From Candidatus Sericytochromatia bacterium (lineage in GTDB: Bacteria; Cyanobacteriota; Sericytochromatia; S15B-MN24; UBA4093), in assembly GCA_036676495.1 (NCBI GenBank), contig JAKFCT010000011.1, positions 1 to 35,545 on the forward strand: DNA of 35,545 nucleotides. The letters are read 5' to 3'. The position numbers were made by a program, and so were the translations under genes. Under the pieces are notes generated by a model that was given only the letters and a program-made list of their open reading frames with translations, did not search any database and had not been told where the DNA came from. Position 1 is the first letter of the stretch, and every line of letters begins with the position of its first letter. This document shows positions 17,750 to 26,500 of this stretch, one piece after another.

Positions 17750-19011
17750 TCGACGTAAGTGAACTCCATCGGCCCCACGCGGACGGTGTCCCCGTCCTTG
17801 ACTCCCCGGGCCTTGAGGGCGTCATAGACCCCCAGCTTGGAGAGCGTGCGTTCGAGTCGGTAGAGCGACTCCGTGTTGTCGGGGTCGAGGTTCTCGACCA
17901 TGCGCTCGATGCGATCGCCGGTGACGATCCAGACGCGGTCCTGGCGGCTGAGCTCGAACGGCTTGACCGGCTGGGCGGCTTCCGGGGCCTCCGGGATGAA
18001 GGTCGGGGGCGGCGGGAGCTGGGAGATCCGGTGGTGAACGTAGTTCAGCAGCTCCTGGATGCCCTCGCGGGTGGCCGCGGAGACCGGAAAGACCACGAAG
18101 CCCTGATTCTCCAGCTCCAAACGCACGCGGTCCAGGTTCTCCTGGGCCGTGGGGAGGTCGATCTTGTTGAGGACCGCCACCATGGGGCGCGAGGCCAGCT
18201 CGGGGGAGTAGGCCTTGAGTTCGGAGTTGATGACCGACCAGTCCTGGAGGGGGTCCCGCTCCTCGGGGCCGCCGGAAAGATCCAGGACGTGCAATAGCAA
18301 GCGGGTGCGCTCGACGTGGCGCAGGAACTCGTGACCGAGGCCCGCCCCGGCATGGGCTCCTTCGATGAGGCCGGGGATGTCGGCCACGACCACCGAGTCG
18401 TCGCCAAGCTTCACGACACCGAGTTGCGGCTCGAGGGTCGTGAAGGGGTAGTCGGCGATCTTGGGTTTGGCCGCCGAGATGACCGAGATGAGGGTGGACT
18501 TGCCGGCATTGGGGAAGCCGACCAGGCCGACGTCCGCCAGGAGCTTGAGCTCGAGGCGCAGGTTGCGCTGGACGCCGGGCTCTCCGCGCTCGGCGGTGGT
18601 GGGGGCGCGGTTGGTGGGAGAGGCGAAGCGAGCATTGCCGCGGCCGCCCTTGCCCCCGGGAGCGGCGACGAAGCGGTCGCCTGCATGGCTGAGATCCGCG
18701 AGCACGGCTCCGGAGTCGGCGTCGTAGACCACGGTGCCGACGGGCACCCGGATCACGATGTCCTTGGCTCCGCGGCCATGGCGGTTCTTGGACATGCCGG
18801 CAGCCCCGGGTTCGGCCTCGAACTCCTTCTTGAAGCGGAAATCGAGCAGGGTCGAGAGGTCGTGGGTCGCCTCGATGACGACCGATCCTCCGTGGCCGCC
18901 GTCGCCGCCGGAAGGGCCGCCGAAGGCGACGTACTTCTCGCGGTGGAACTGGACGGCCCCGTCTCCGCCGTCGCCGGATTTGACCTTGATGTTGGCGCGA
19001 TCGATAAACAT
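17746..19011 (-). CDS. obgE: GTPase ObgE/CgtA
   Basis: MFIDRA..GDGGDG Gly-rich Obg domain, GFPNAGKS, DYPFTT, DIPG, NKID, and C-terminal DUF1967-like GVKDGDTV. Confidence 0.97.
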   Translation of the reverse strand: MFIDRANIKVKSGDGGDGAVQFHREKYVAFGGPSGGDGGHGGSVVIEATHDLSTLLDFRFKKEFEAEPGAAGMSKNRHGRGAKDIVIRVPVGTVVYDADSGAVLADLSHAGDRFVAAPGGKGGRGNARFASPTNRAPTTAERGEPGVQRNLRLELKLLADVGLVGFPNAGKSTLISVISAAKPKIADYPFTTLEPQLGVVKLGDDSVVVADIPGLIEGAHAGAGLGHEFLRHVERTRLLLHVLDLSGGPEERDPLQDWSVINSELKAYSPELASRPMVAVLNKIDLPTAQENLDRVRLELENQGFVVFPVSAATREGIQELLNYVHHRISQLPPPPTFIPEAPEAAQPVKPFELSRQDRVWIVTGDRIERMVENLDPDNTESLYRLERTLSKLGVYDALKARGVKDGDTVRVGPMEFTYVE

Positions 19012-19020
19012 AATGAAAGC

Positions 19021-19050
19021 AGTGTAAGGCCTGGCACTCCGCCCCGTCAA
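19021..19050 (-). promoter_or_regulatory. sigma70 promoter for the obgE operon
   Basis: TTGACG -18 nt- TACACT, ending 9 nt upstream of the ATG. Confidence 0.6.
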
Positions 19051-19151
19051 CGAGCGAGGGCGCATTGCCAGGATGGCCGCGTGCCCTAGCATGAGGGTGA
19101 GATCGGGTCGTAGCGAGCAACCTAGCCCATGTTCCGAGGACGGAGGTTGGG

Positions 19152-19766
19152 ATGGTTCAGTTTCGGCACGTGGCACGGCTGGCGCTCGCGACCGCGGTTT
19201 CGGCGGTCTCGGCGGCGGGCGTTTCGGCCCAAGCGGCCGATCCCTTGCTCGGGTACGGGAGGATCGTCGTCCCGGGACCGATCCTGCGCTTCGAGACCAC
19301 CGAGGGCAGCTTCCGGATCACGCTGTTCAGCACGGCGGCCCCCCGGCTCACCCGCGTCTTCCAGGACCGGGTCGAGGACGGGGTCTTTCGGCGGGAGGGC
19401 TTCTGGCTGACCCGCTCCAACGTCGTTCAGCTCGGCAGCCCCGCCACCGACGTCACCGACGGCGGCGCGCGCATGATCTCCGCGGGCATCCCCGGGGCGA
19501 GGGCCATGCGAGACCCCGCCGCCGTCCCCTTCCTCGCCACGCTGGGAGCACATGCCTTCGAAAGCACGGGCCTCTCGCCGATCGCCGGAAGCGTGATGAT
19601 CGACCAGCGCTTCATCGAGAACGGGCAGCTCTTTCGCCGGGAGTACTTCGTCGCCCTCGCGCCCGGCACCCGGCGCGGGGAGGTCGTCGGCCACGTGATC
19701 TCGGGGCTGGACGTCGTGAAGCGCCTGAACTCCCGGGACGGGATCCTGAGCGTCCGGGTGGAGTGA
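19152..19766 (+). CDS. Secreted cyclophilin-like (peptidylprolyl isomerase fold) protein
   Basis: Signal peptide; FETTEGSFRITLFSTAAP and VVGHVISGLDVV resemble cyclophilin N- and C-terminal motifs; GGAGG RBS. Confidence 0.75.
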   Translation: MVQFRHVARLALATAVSAVSAAGVSAQAADPLLGYGRIVVPGPILRFETTEGSFRITLFSTAAPRLTRVFQDRVEDGVFRREGFWLTRSNVVQLGSPATDVTDGGARMISAGIPGARAMRDPAAVPFLATLGAHAFESTGLSPIAGSVMIDQRFIENGQLFRREYFVALAPGTRRGEVVGHVISGLDVVKRLNSRDGILSVRVE

Positions 19767-19775
19767 GCGCGGAGG

Positions 19776-21233
19776 TCAGGGGAGGGCGACCGTTCCGCCG
19801 AAAAGCCCGAGGCCGGGGCGGACCTCCATCGTCCAGGTGCGCTCCTGCGGGCTTTCCAGCAGGTAGTAGGTGGTTCCCCAGGGGCGGCTCGCGCCCGTCA
19901 CCTCGGCGGGTCCGCCGAGCGGGCGGGGCTGGATGCCCTTGAGCTGGATGGCCCCGTAGGTGCCGCGCAGGTTGATCTCCGGGGCGTAGGAGTACCGGGC
20001 CTCCTGGGTGAGCCTCAAGCCCGAGATGGCGTTGGCGATGGACCAGTCGGAGTAGACGTCCTCGAAGGTCGCCCCGCGCGGCGTCAGCGCCTGCTCGACG
20101 CCCGCGACGCCGACCTGCGGGATCCGGAGCAGGTCGCGGATCATCGATTCGGAGTAGCGATCGTAGAGGTAGCGCGCGAAGAGGTAGCTCAAGCCGTAGG
20201 AGAAGCCGTCCGGGTTGCGGAACCAGTCCGTGAGCGAGTACTTCTCGGGGTTGGCCTGGAACTTCGCGATGTCCTTGGCGATCTGATCGTTGCCGTCGCG
20301 CAGCCCGAAGCCGCAAAGATCCATGGCGAGCATGGCCATGGCCTCGTCGAGCCAGGTCTCCTCGGCGGCGAGGCGCTTGGGCAGGAGGACCTTCTGGTTG
20401 TAGACCACCAGGTGGGTGAACTCGTGCGCCAGCGTGCCGTAGGTGGTCCAGGGCTTGTGCTTGAAGATCTGATCCGTGAGGAAGATGATCTCCTTCTCGT
20501 TGGAATGCTCCCGCTGGTAGAGGTCCCGGCTCCAGAAGTACCCCATGAGGCCCGCGTCCTTGCCGAAGTTGTCGACCGCGGGGGAAATGACCACGTAGAC
20601 GCGCGGATCCTGGTCGATGCCGGGCGACGGCGGCGCTCCAAACGTCTGGGTCACGCGCGGGAAGATGGTCGCGTCGAACATCGTCGCCAGGTCCTGCACC
20701 TGGGCCTCGAACTTGGCGCGATCCTGGTGGTAGGGGCTGTTGGGGTAGGCGTGCGTATCGACGAAGAAGTGCGCGCGGGCGGAGGAGACGATCAGCTTGG
20801 CTTCCTGCTGGCGATCGCCCGAGAGTTGCGAGTTGCCGATATTGACCCAGAAGGACTGGGTGGCCCCCTTGGCGGGAAGCAACGGGGCGTCGAGCAGGCG
20901 TCGCGGGGACGGCGGCGGCTCCGACGCGGCGATCTCCCGGGAGGACTCGCGGAAGCGGCCATGGGGATCGCGGGGCTCGGTCGTGTCGGCCTGGATGCGG
21001 AAACTTTCCGCGCGCGAGGCGCCGGCGCCGGCGGAGACCGCGAAGAGGAGCTTGCGGGAGGTCCCCAGCATGAGCGGGCCGCTGGCCATGGGGGAAAGGA
21101 AGAACTGGCGGACGCGCCCCTCCGCTCCCAGCCGCGTGTTGATATCGGAGGAGGCGGTGGGGGGGATGAGGTTGCACCCGGTCAGCGCGGCGACTACGAG
21201 TGCCAGCACCAGGGTGGGGATCCGGTAGGCCAT
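19776..21233 (-). CDS. Lipoprotein zinc metallopeptidase (M30/hyicolysin-like)
   Basis: Lipobox LTG-C; GYFWSRD, TLAHEFTH (HEXXH) and downstream WLDEAMA. Confidence 0.82.
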   Translation of the reverse strand: MAYRIPTLVLALVVAALTGCNLIPPTASSDINTRLGAEGRVRQFFLSPMASGPLMLGTSRKLLFAVSAGAGASRAESFRIQADTTEPRDPHGRFRESSREIAASEPPPSPRRLLDAPLLPAKGATQSFWVNIGNSQLSGDRQQEAKLIVSSARAHFFVDTHAYPNSPYHQDRAKFEAQVQDLATMFDATIFPRVTQTFGAPPSPGIDQDPRVYVVISPAVDNFGKDAGLMGYFWSRDLYQREHSNEKEIIFLTDQIFKHKPWTTYGTLAHEFTHLVVYNQKVLLPKRLAAEETWLDEAMAMLAMDLCGFGLRDGNDQIAKDIAKFQANPEKYSLTDWFRNPDGFSYGLSYLFARYLYDRYSESMIRDLLRIPQVGVAGVEQALTPRGATFEDVYSDWSIANAISGLRLTQEARYSYAPEINLRGTYGAIQLKGIQPRPLGGPAEVTGASRPWGTTYYLLESPQERTWTMEVRPGLGLFGGTVALP

Positions 21234-21559
21234 GGTCACGCCCTGTTCTCTCACGACGCCGGTGGCGCGGTCAATCAAACGCCGTTCGCCATCTTGCCCC
21301 GGTGCCCCTCGGTCGAGATCCCGTCCCGGGGCCGTAAGGCACCTGACACCACCCTAGCGGGAAGCCACGGGCTCGTCAACTGGCCCCTTGGGCAAACTGA
21401 CGCAAATCCTCGTCAAGCCTCACGAAGCCCTGGCCGCCTCCATCGGGGATGCTGGGGGCGCGGCCCGACCCGAACCCCGGGCGATGGGAAGACGAGGGAA
21501 AACGAAGGAAGACGACCAAAAGCGGATCGCCCATCGGGCGGCGGAAGCAGGAGGAGCGG

Positions 21560-21814
21560 ATGCAACGCTTACCGATCAACGCGCGGGACATGCTCTTGGC
21601 CCTTCTTGTGGGCCAGGTCGTCAAGCGCGTGCGCCTGCCGCTCACGATCCTGGTGATCGGAGGCAACCTCGGGCTCGGCGTGGCCCTGCTTTACCGGCTC
21701 TCGGCCCTCAAAAAAACGGAGCCTGGTCGACCCAGGCTCCGAACGGCGTTCCTGCGGGAGCCTACGAGCTCACCGCGAAGGCCTTCTGGCTCAACGACGC
21801 CGTCGTCGCGTTGA
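21560..21814 (+). CDS. Small membrane protein
   Basis: GGAGG RBS before ATG 21560; hydrophobic segment LTILVIGGNLGLGVALLY. Confidence 0.55.
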   Translation: MQRLPINARDMLLALLVGQVVKRVRLPLTILVIGGNLGLGVALLYRLSALKKTEPGRPRLRTAFLREPTSSPRRPSGSTTPSSR

Positions 21815-21992
21815 ACTTCAGGCTCATCGGCTGGCCGCAGCAGAGCGGCGCAATCCGGATGAAATCGTCCTTACGGATCGCATGCGCACAGCGCACGCAG
21901 ATCAGCCCGCCGCTGTGAATCCGCATCGGGAACCCACAGCACTGGGGAATATCGCGTTTCCCACCGCATTGGTGGCAGGTCAGCTTTCTCAT
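21762..21992 (-). CDS. Cys-rich microprotein with two desulforedoxin-like motifs
   Basis: CHQC...CCGFPM and CVRC...CCGQPM; GAGGA RBS and strong promoter. Confidence 0.75.
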   Translation of the reverse strand: MRKLTCHQCGGKRDIPQCCGFPMRIHSGGLICVRCAHAIRKDDFIRIAPLCCGQPMSLKFNATTASLSQKAFAVSS

Positions 21993-22044
21993 TGATCGTC
22001 CTCGTTCAGGGGGCGACCCCTGGTTTCATCCAGGGCGTCCCTCA

Positions 22045-22125
22045 AGTGTAGCAACCCCCTAAGACGAGGTCAAGAGAAGGTAATCACAAGTTTAAGGTAA
22101 AATTAAATTAAACCAGGATTAAAGG
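22045..22125 (-). promoter_or_regulatory. Strong sigma70 promoter with AT-rich upstream element
   Basis: TTGACC (22073-22068) -17 nt- TGcTACACT (-10 at 22050-22045); AT-rich tract at 22090-22125. Confidence 0.65.
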
Positions 22126-22142
22126 ACCGTTCCGGTATCACG

Positions 22143-22811
22143 TCAGCGCAAGGCCGCCGTGGTCGGCCCCGCCTTGAGTCCGGCCACCAGGTCCCGCACT
22201 TCGGCATCCGCACTCACGAGCGCTTCGAAGCGCGAAGCCGGGCCCGCCGCGCCAGTCAAATCGACGTTCTGATCCGAGGTCGTCGCCGCCTGCATCACCA
22301 CATGCTCGAGCTCGGAGATCTGATCCTGCGACATCCGCTCCAGCCCCGCCGTCCCCACCTGCTTCAGCAGGCCTTCCGCCACGATCGTCGACACGGCGCT
22401 CAGATCCATCACTGTAGACCCGCCCGACGCCTTGACCAGGCCCGCCAGACGCAGCGTCTTCCCGTTCTTGCCCTGCACGCTCGCCCGAATCACCGAGACC
22501 CGCTCGGCCGGCACCCCCTCCAGGCGGAAATTACCGGACGCATCGGTCTTGGCCGTCGAATTGGCCACCGGAAGGGCCATCAGCGTGTAGGTCTGCACCT
22601 CGGCATTGGCCCCGACCGAAACCTCACCCGGGAAATACGCGGAGGTCCGGTACGCCTCGAACCCACCGATGGCTGCCAGCTGATTCTGGGGCACCCGCAC
22701 CTGGCCCGTCACCGTCAAACCCATGAGACCGAGCGCGCCAAAGATATCCGCACAGCCAGCCAACGCCAGGGTGGCCGCGAGCACGACGGGATAAACGGGC
22801 TTGAGATGCAT
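22143..22811 (-). CDS. Lipoprotein with carboxypeptidase-regulatory-like beta-sandwich (paralogue A)
   Basis: Lipobox LAG-C; VTGQV...TDASGNFRLEGVP; GGAGG RBS. Confidence 0.82.
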   Translation of the reverse strand: MHLKPVYPVVLAATLALAGCADIFGALGLMGLTVTGQVRVPQNQLAAIGGFEAYRTSAYFPGEVSVGANAEVQTYTLMALPVANSTAKTDASGNFRLEGVPAERVSVIRASVQGKNGKTLRLAGLVKASGGSTVMDLSAVSTIVAEGLLKQVGTAGLERMSQDQISELEHVVMQAATTSDQNVDLTGAAGPASRFEALVSADAEVRDLVAGLKAGPTTAALR

Positions 22812-22837
22812 CGATTCTTCCTCCCCTACGCGACGAG

Positions 22838-23494
22838 CTACCGCTCGGCCTTCACGATCTGTTCCACGAGCGTCCTCAGAGCTGACGTCCGGGCGAGCAC
22901 CGCCTGGAACACTCCCCCGAGATCCGTCCCCCCGGTCAAATCAGGGGCGCGCTCCGTCTCGGTTGCCACGCTCGCCAATTTCTCGACCACCTGATCCAGC
23001 AAGACCTGGGTCAAGAAGCTCGCCTTGGGCGGCAATCCCAGCTTCAACAGCCCCTGGGCCACCACGGACGAGGCCCCGCTGACCTTGGTGACCAGCGCCT
23101 CCCCACCCGGCTTCACCAGGCCCGTGATCTGCAGCTTCTTTCCATTCTTACCCGTGACCGTCGCTTTCAACAGCGAAACCTGATCGGCCGGAACCCCCGT
23201 CAGGGTGAAACGACCCTCGGCATCCGTCTGCCCGGACGCCTCGGGAATCGGATCCCCCGCGAGCGTGAACGCTTGAAGTGTGGCATGCGCGCCGACCGGA
23301 ACCTCCCCCGTGAAGGCCGAGAGGCGGTAGGCCTCGAAGCCCCCGATGGCCGAGATCTGTGCCGGCGGTGCGGTCACTTGCCCCGAGACCACCCCGGCTC
23401 CACCCTTGCCGGTGGGTTGAAGGGGATTCTGACAGGCTGTCAGCACGACGACCATCGGCGCCAACAGCGCGACACGAAAGAATCGGGAAAACAC
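22838..23494 (-). CDS. Lipoprotein with carboxypeptidase-regulatory-like beta-sandwich (paralogue B)
   Basis: GTG start at 23494 with GGAGG RBS; lipobox LTA-C; VSGQV...TDAEGRFTLTGVP; colinear with paralogue A. Confidence 0.82.
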   Translation of the reverse strand: MFSRFFRVALLAPMVVVLTACQNPLQPTGKGGAGVVSGQVTAPPAQISAIGGFEAYRLSAFTGEVPVGAHATLQAFTLAGDPIPEASGQTDAEGRFTLTGVPADQVSLLKATVTGKNGKKLQITGLVKPGGEALVTKVSGASSVVAQGLLKLGLPPKASFLTQVLLDQVVEKLASVATETERAPDLTGGTDLGGVFQAVLARTSALRTLVEQIVKAER

Positions 23495-23586
23495 GGGGAC
23501 CTCCATGAAGGGCATGCCGGCGGCCAAGCCTGCGTCGACCGCGATGAGAAATGTAACGGAACCGTCCCGACGCACGGCGACGCGCG

Positions 23587-26500
23587 CTAGGGACTCGGGT
23601 GAACCTCGAGCAGCCAGGACTCGAGCAAGCTCGCATCGTAAAGGGCTCCGAGTTCGGTGAAAAGGCCCTTCGCCCGACGTGCGGCCGCCAGACCCGTCGA
23701 GGTCTGCCCACCCAAAGCGAGCGCCTGCGCGAGCTTGAGCAGGGTTCTCCCCAATTCTAGCTTGGCTTCAGCCGATTGCAAGGCGTTCGCGCTGCGTCCG
23801 AGCCAGGCGATCGCCTCGTCATGCTGCCCCGTTTGCGCGTAAAGCCAGCCAAACTGACGGTAGGCCAGACCCACGAGCACGTCGTTCCCCCGCTCATTCG
23901 CAAGATCCAGCGCCTTTCGCAGGATCTCCCACGCCTCGGGCAGCGCTCCCCGCTTCAGCTGGGCTTCGCTCAAGATGAGATATGCCTGGATCAGCGCCTC
24001 TTGGTTCCGGATCCCTTCGAGAAGGGCGATCCCCTCCTCCAGATGAGCCTTGGCAGCTTCCGGGCGCTCCCGCTTGGTCTCGACCTCCCCGAGGTTGCAA
24101 AGGATCACCCCCAGGCGCGCGGTGTAGCCGATGCGCCGGCAGATCTCCAAGGCCTCCCCGTAAGCTTCTAGCGCCCCTTCGAAGTCCCCGAGGTCCGTGA
24201 GGATGGCGCCGAGATTCAGAAGGGCCGTGGACATGCGGCTCTGATCGCCGGTCCGGCGATAGGCCTCCAGCGCCTTGCGGCAATGCGCCATCGCCTGGGG
24301 CCAAAGCCCGAGATCCCGGAAGGCTTGCGAGAGATTGTTATGAGACGATCCGATGCCGACCACGTCCTGGATCTGCTCGCGCAAGGCCAGGGAACGGAGA
24401 TGAGCATCCCGGGCCTCGGCGGGACGTCCCAGACGCCAGAGACAGCCTCCCTGAATACTGAGGCAGAGAGCGATCTCCTTGGCGTCCGCCGGAGCAAGAC
24501 TCGCCATCGCCGCCTCACAGCGCTCATGCGCCTCCTGGAACTTGCCCAGCGAGAACTCCACGAGGGCGATGGCGGCTAGCAGTCGGGCCCTCTCCTGGAG
24601 GTGCAGCTCAGGAGGCAAGATCGAAAGGCCGCGCTCGTAGGATTCCAGGGCCTCTTCATAACTTCCCAAGCGTTCCTGGGTGCTTCCGAGCTGCCGATAG
24701 GTCGCAGCGAGGTGCTCGGGCTTGCTTTCCTGGGAGAGGGCTTCTTCGAGGATCTGCTTGGCGTCGGCAAAGTGGCCGAGGGTGGCCTTGACTTCGGCCA
24801 GGTCCCTGAGGAGCGGGGCGCGGTCGTGGCCTAGCTTTTCGGCCAGGGCAAGGGCGTCGAGGTAGTTATGACAGGCTTCGAGGTTGGAGAACAGGCGCTT
24901 GGCGAGCGCGGCCGCCTCCACGAGATAGCGGCACGCCCGGTCGTCATCCTCGGCCCTCAGGAAGTGAAAGGCGAGCACCGGGGCGAGTTCGGCGCCGTCC
25001 GAGCGCGCTTTAGCGGAAGCCTCGAGGATCGTGCCGACCCGGAGGTGGAGTTCGCGGCGGCGCTTGAGAAGCAGCCCCTGATACGCAACCTCCTGGATGA
25101 GGGCTTGATTGAAAGCAAAGGAGGTCGCTTGCCCGGGGCGCGAGCGAATCAACTCGGCAGCCACGAGCTCCGCGAGTTCGGAGGTCAAGGTTTCCGCCGC
25201 GCATACCTTTTCGAGCAAGCGGCGGTCGAAGTCGCGTCCCAGGACCGCGGCCACTTGAATAACGTGCTTGGCGGATGGCGAGAGGGCATCCAGACGCGCA
25301 GCCACCACCCCGTGGATGGTGCTGGGCAGGGCGACGTCGCGGCGGCCCATCCGCCAGGCGCCGGACTCGTCCTTACGGATGAGCTGGAGGTCGCCCAGCG
25401 AGCGAAAGAGCTCGCAGAGGAAGAAGGGGTTCCCTTCGGCCTTGCGGGTGGCTTCCTGGAGGACCGAGGTCATCTCGGGAGGCAGGTCTCCGGAGATGTC
25501 GTAGAGCGAGCGCAGGATGGCCTCGGCGTCCTCCTCCCCCAAGGGGTGGAGGGGGATCCGGGTCCAATCGAGCCGCTGGGAAGCGTCCCGCCAAGGCTCC
25601 TCTCCCTCCGGGCGCAGGATGGCCAGGACCATGAGCGGAAGGGGGTCACGTCGCGAGGCCAGCTCGTCGATGAGCGTGAGAAGCCAAGCCTGGGACGCCT
25701 CGTCCACCCAGTGAAGGTCGTTGAGGGCGAGGACCATGCCGCGGCCGGCCTGCTGGAAGAGGGTGTCGTTGAGGGTGCGAACGGCCAGCATGCGGAGCTG
25801 TTCAGGGGTCAGCGACAGCAACTCCGGGGAGCTGAGGGGGAGCGACAGGAAGGTGCCGAGGGTCTCGGCGAGGCGCTCGGGATCCGCAAGGCCGCGTTCG
25901 TGAGCCCAGCGGGCAATTTGCGGGCGAAGACCGTCGCTAACGTCGTCTTTCAGGGCCATCCACGCCTTGAGGATCGATGCGACCAGCGCATAACTTACCC
26001 CTTGTTGATAGGACAAGCAGCGACCGCGCAGCATGGTCAGCTCGGGATCGTGGACACTCCGGTAGAACTCGCGGGCGAGGCGGGATTTGCCCATGCCGGC
26101 GTCTCCGACCAAGGTCACGAACTGGGGGCGTCCGGAGCGCGCGGCTTCCAGGATCTTCGCCAGGCGTTCGCGCTCAAGGCGGCGTCCCACGAACGCGGGG
26201 CGCTCCTTGCTGGGGTCCGGCTCGGCCGCCAGGCGAGGGCCTCTGGGCTCGAAGACCGGGATGGCCTCTTCCTTCCCTTTCACCTTGAGGGGGGGCAGGC
26301 TGTCGAAGTCCCAGAGATGAGCCGTCTGCCGGTAGGTTTCCTCGCTGACCAGGATGCCTCCGGGCTTGGCGTTGGATTCCAGGCGAGAAGCCAGGTTCAC
26401 CGCATCCCCGAGGACCGTGTAGTCCTGTTTCTCGGCTCCTCCGACGGCCCCGGCGACCACCAGACCGGTATTCAAGCCGATGCGGATCCGGAGGCGGATC

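Noticed and set aside
13605-19011. obgE-proB-proA-nadD-yqeK-rsfS cluster as a novel system
   Set aside because: A well-known conserved gene order in Terrabacteria-type genomes.
19012-19176. N-terminal extension of ObgE in the ORF track (likewise the extensions for korA, proA, 12952, 23575, 27150, 31881 and 33843)
   Set aside because: Family-typical N-termini or signal peptides, usually with an RBS, begin downstream, and the extensions run through promoter regions.
21390-21420. GGGCAAAC-t-GACGCAAA, resembling c-di-GMP-I riboswitch conserved segments
   Set aside because: The P2 stem with its GNRA loop that must separate the two segments is absent (only 1 nt between them).
21234-21559. Possible hidden ORF or ncRNA in the divergent intergenic gap
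   Set aside because: Overlapping ORFs lack an RBS or protein-like composition, and I could not identify a convincing structure.
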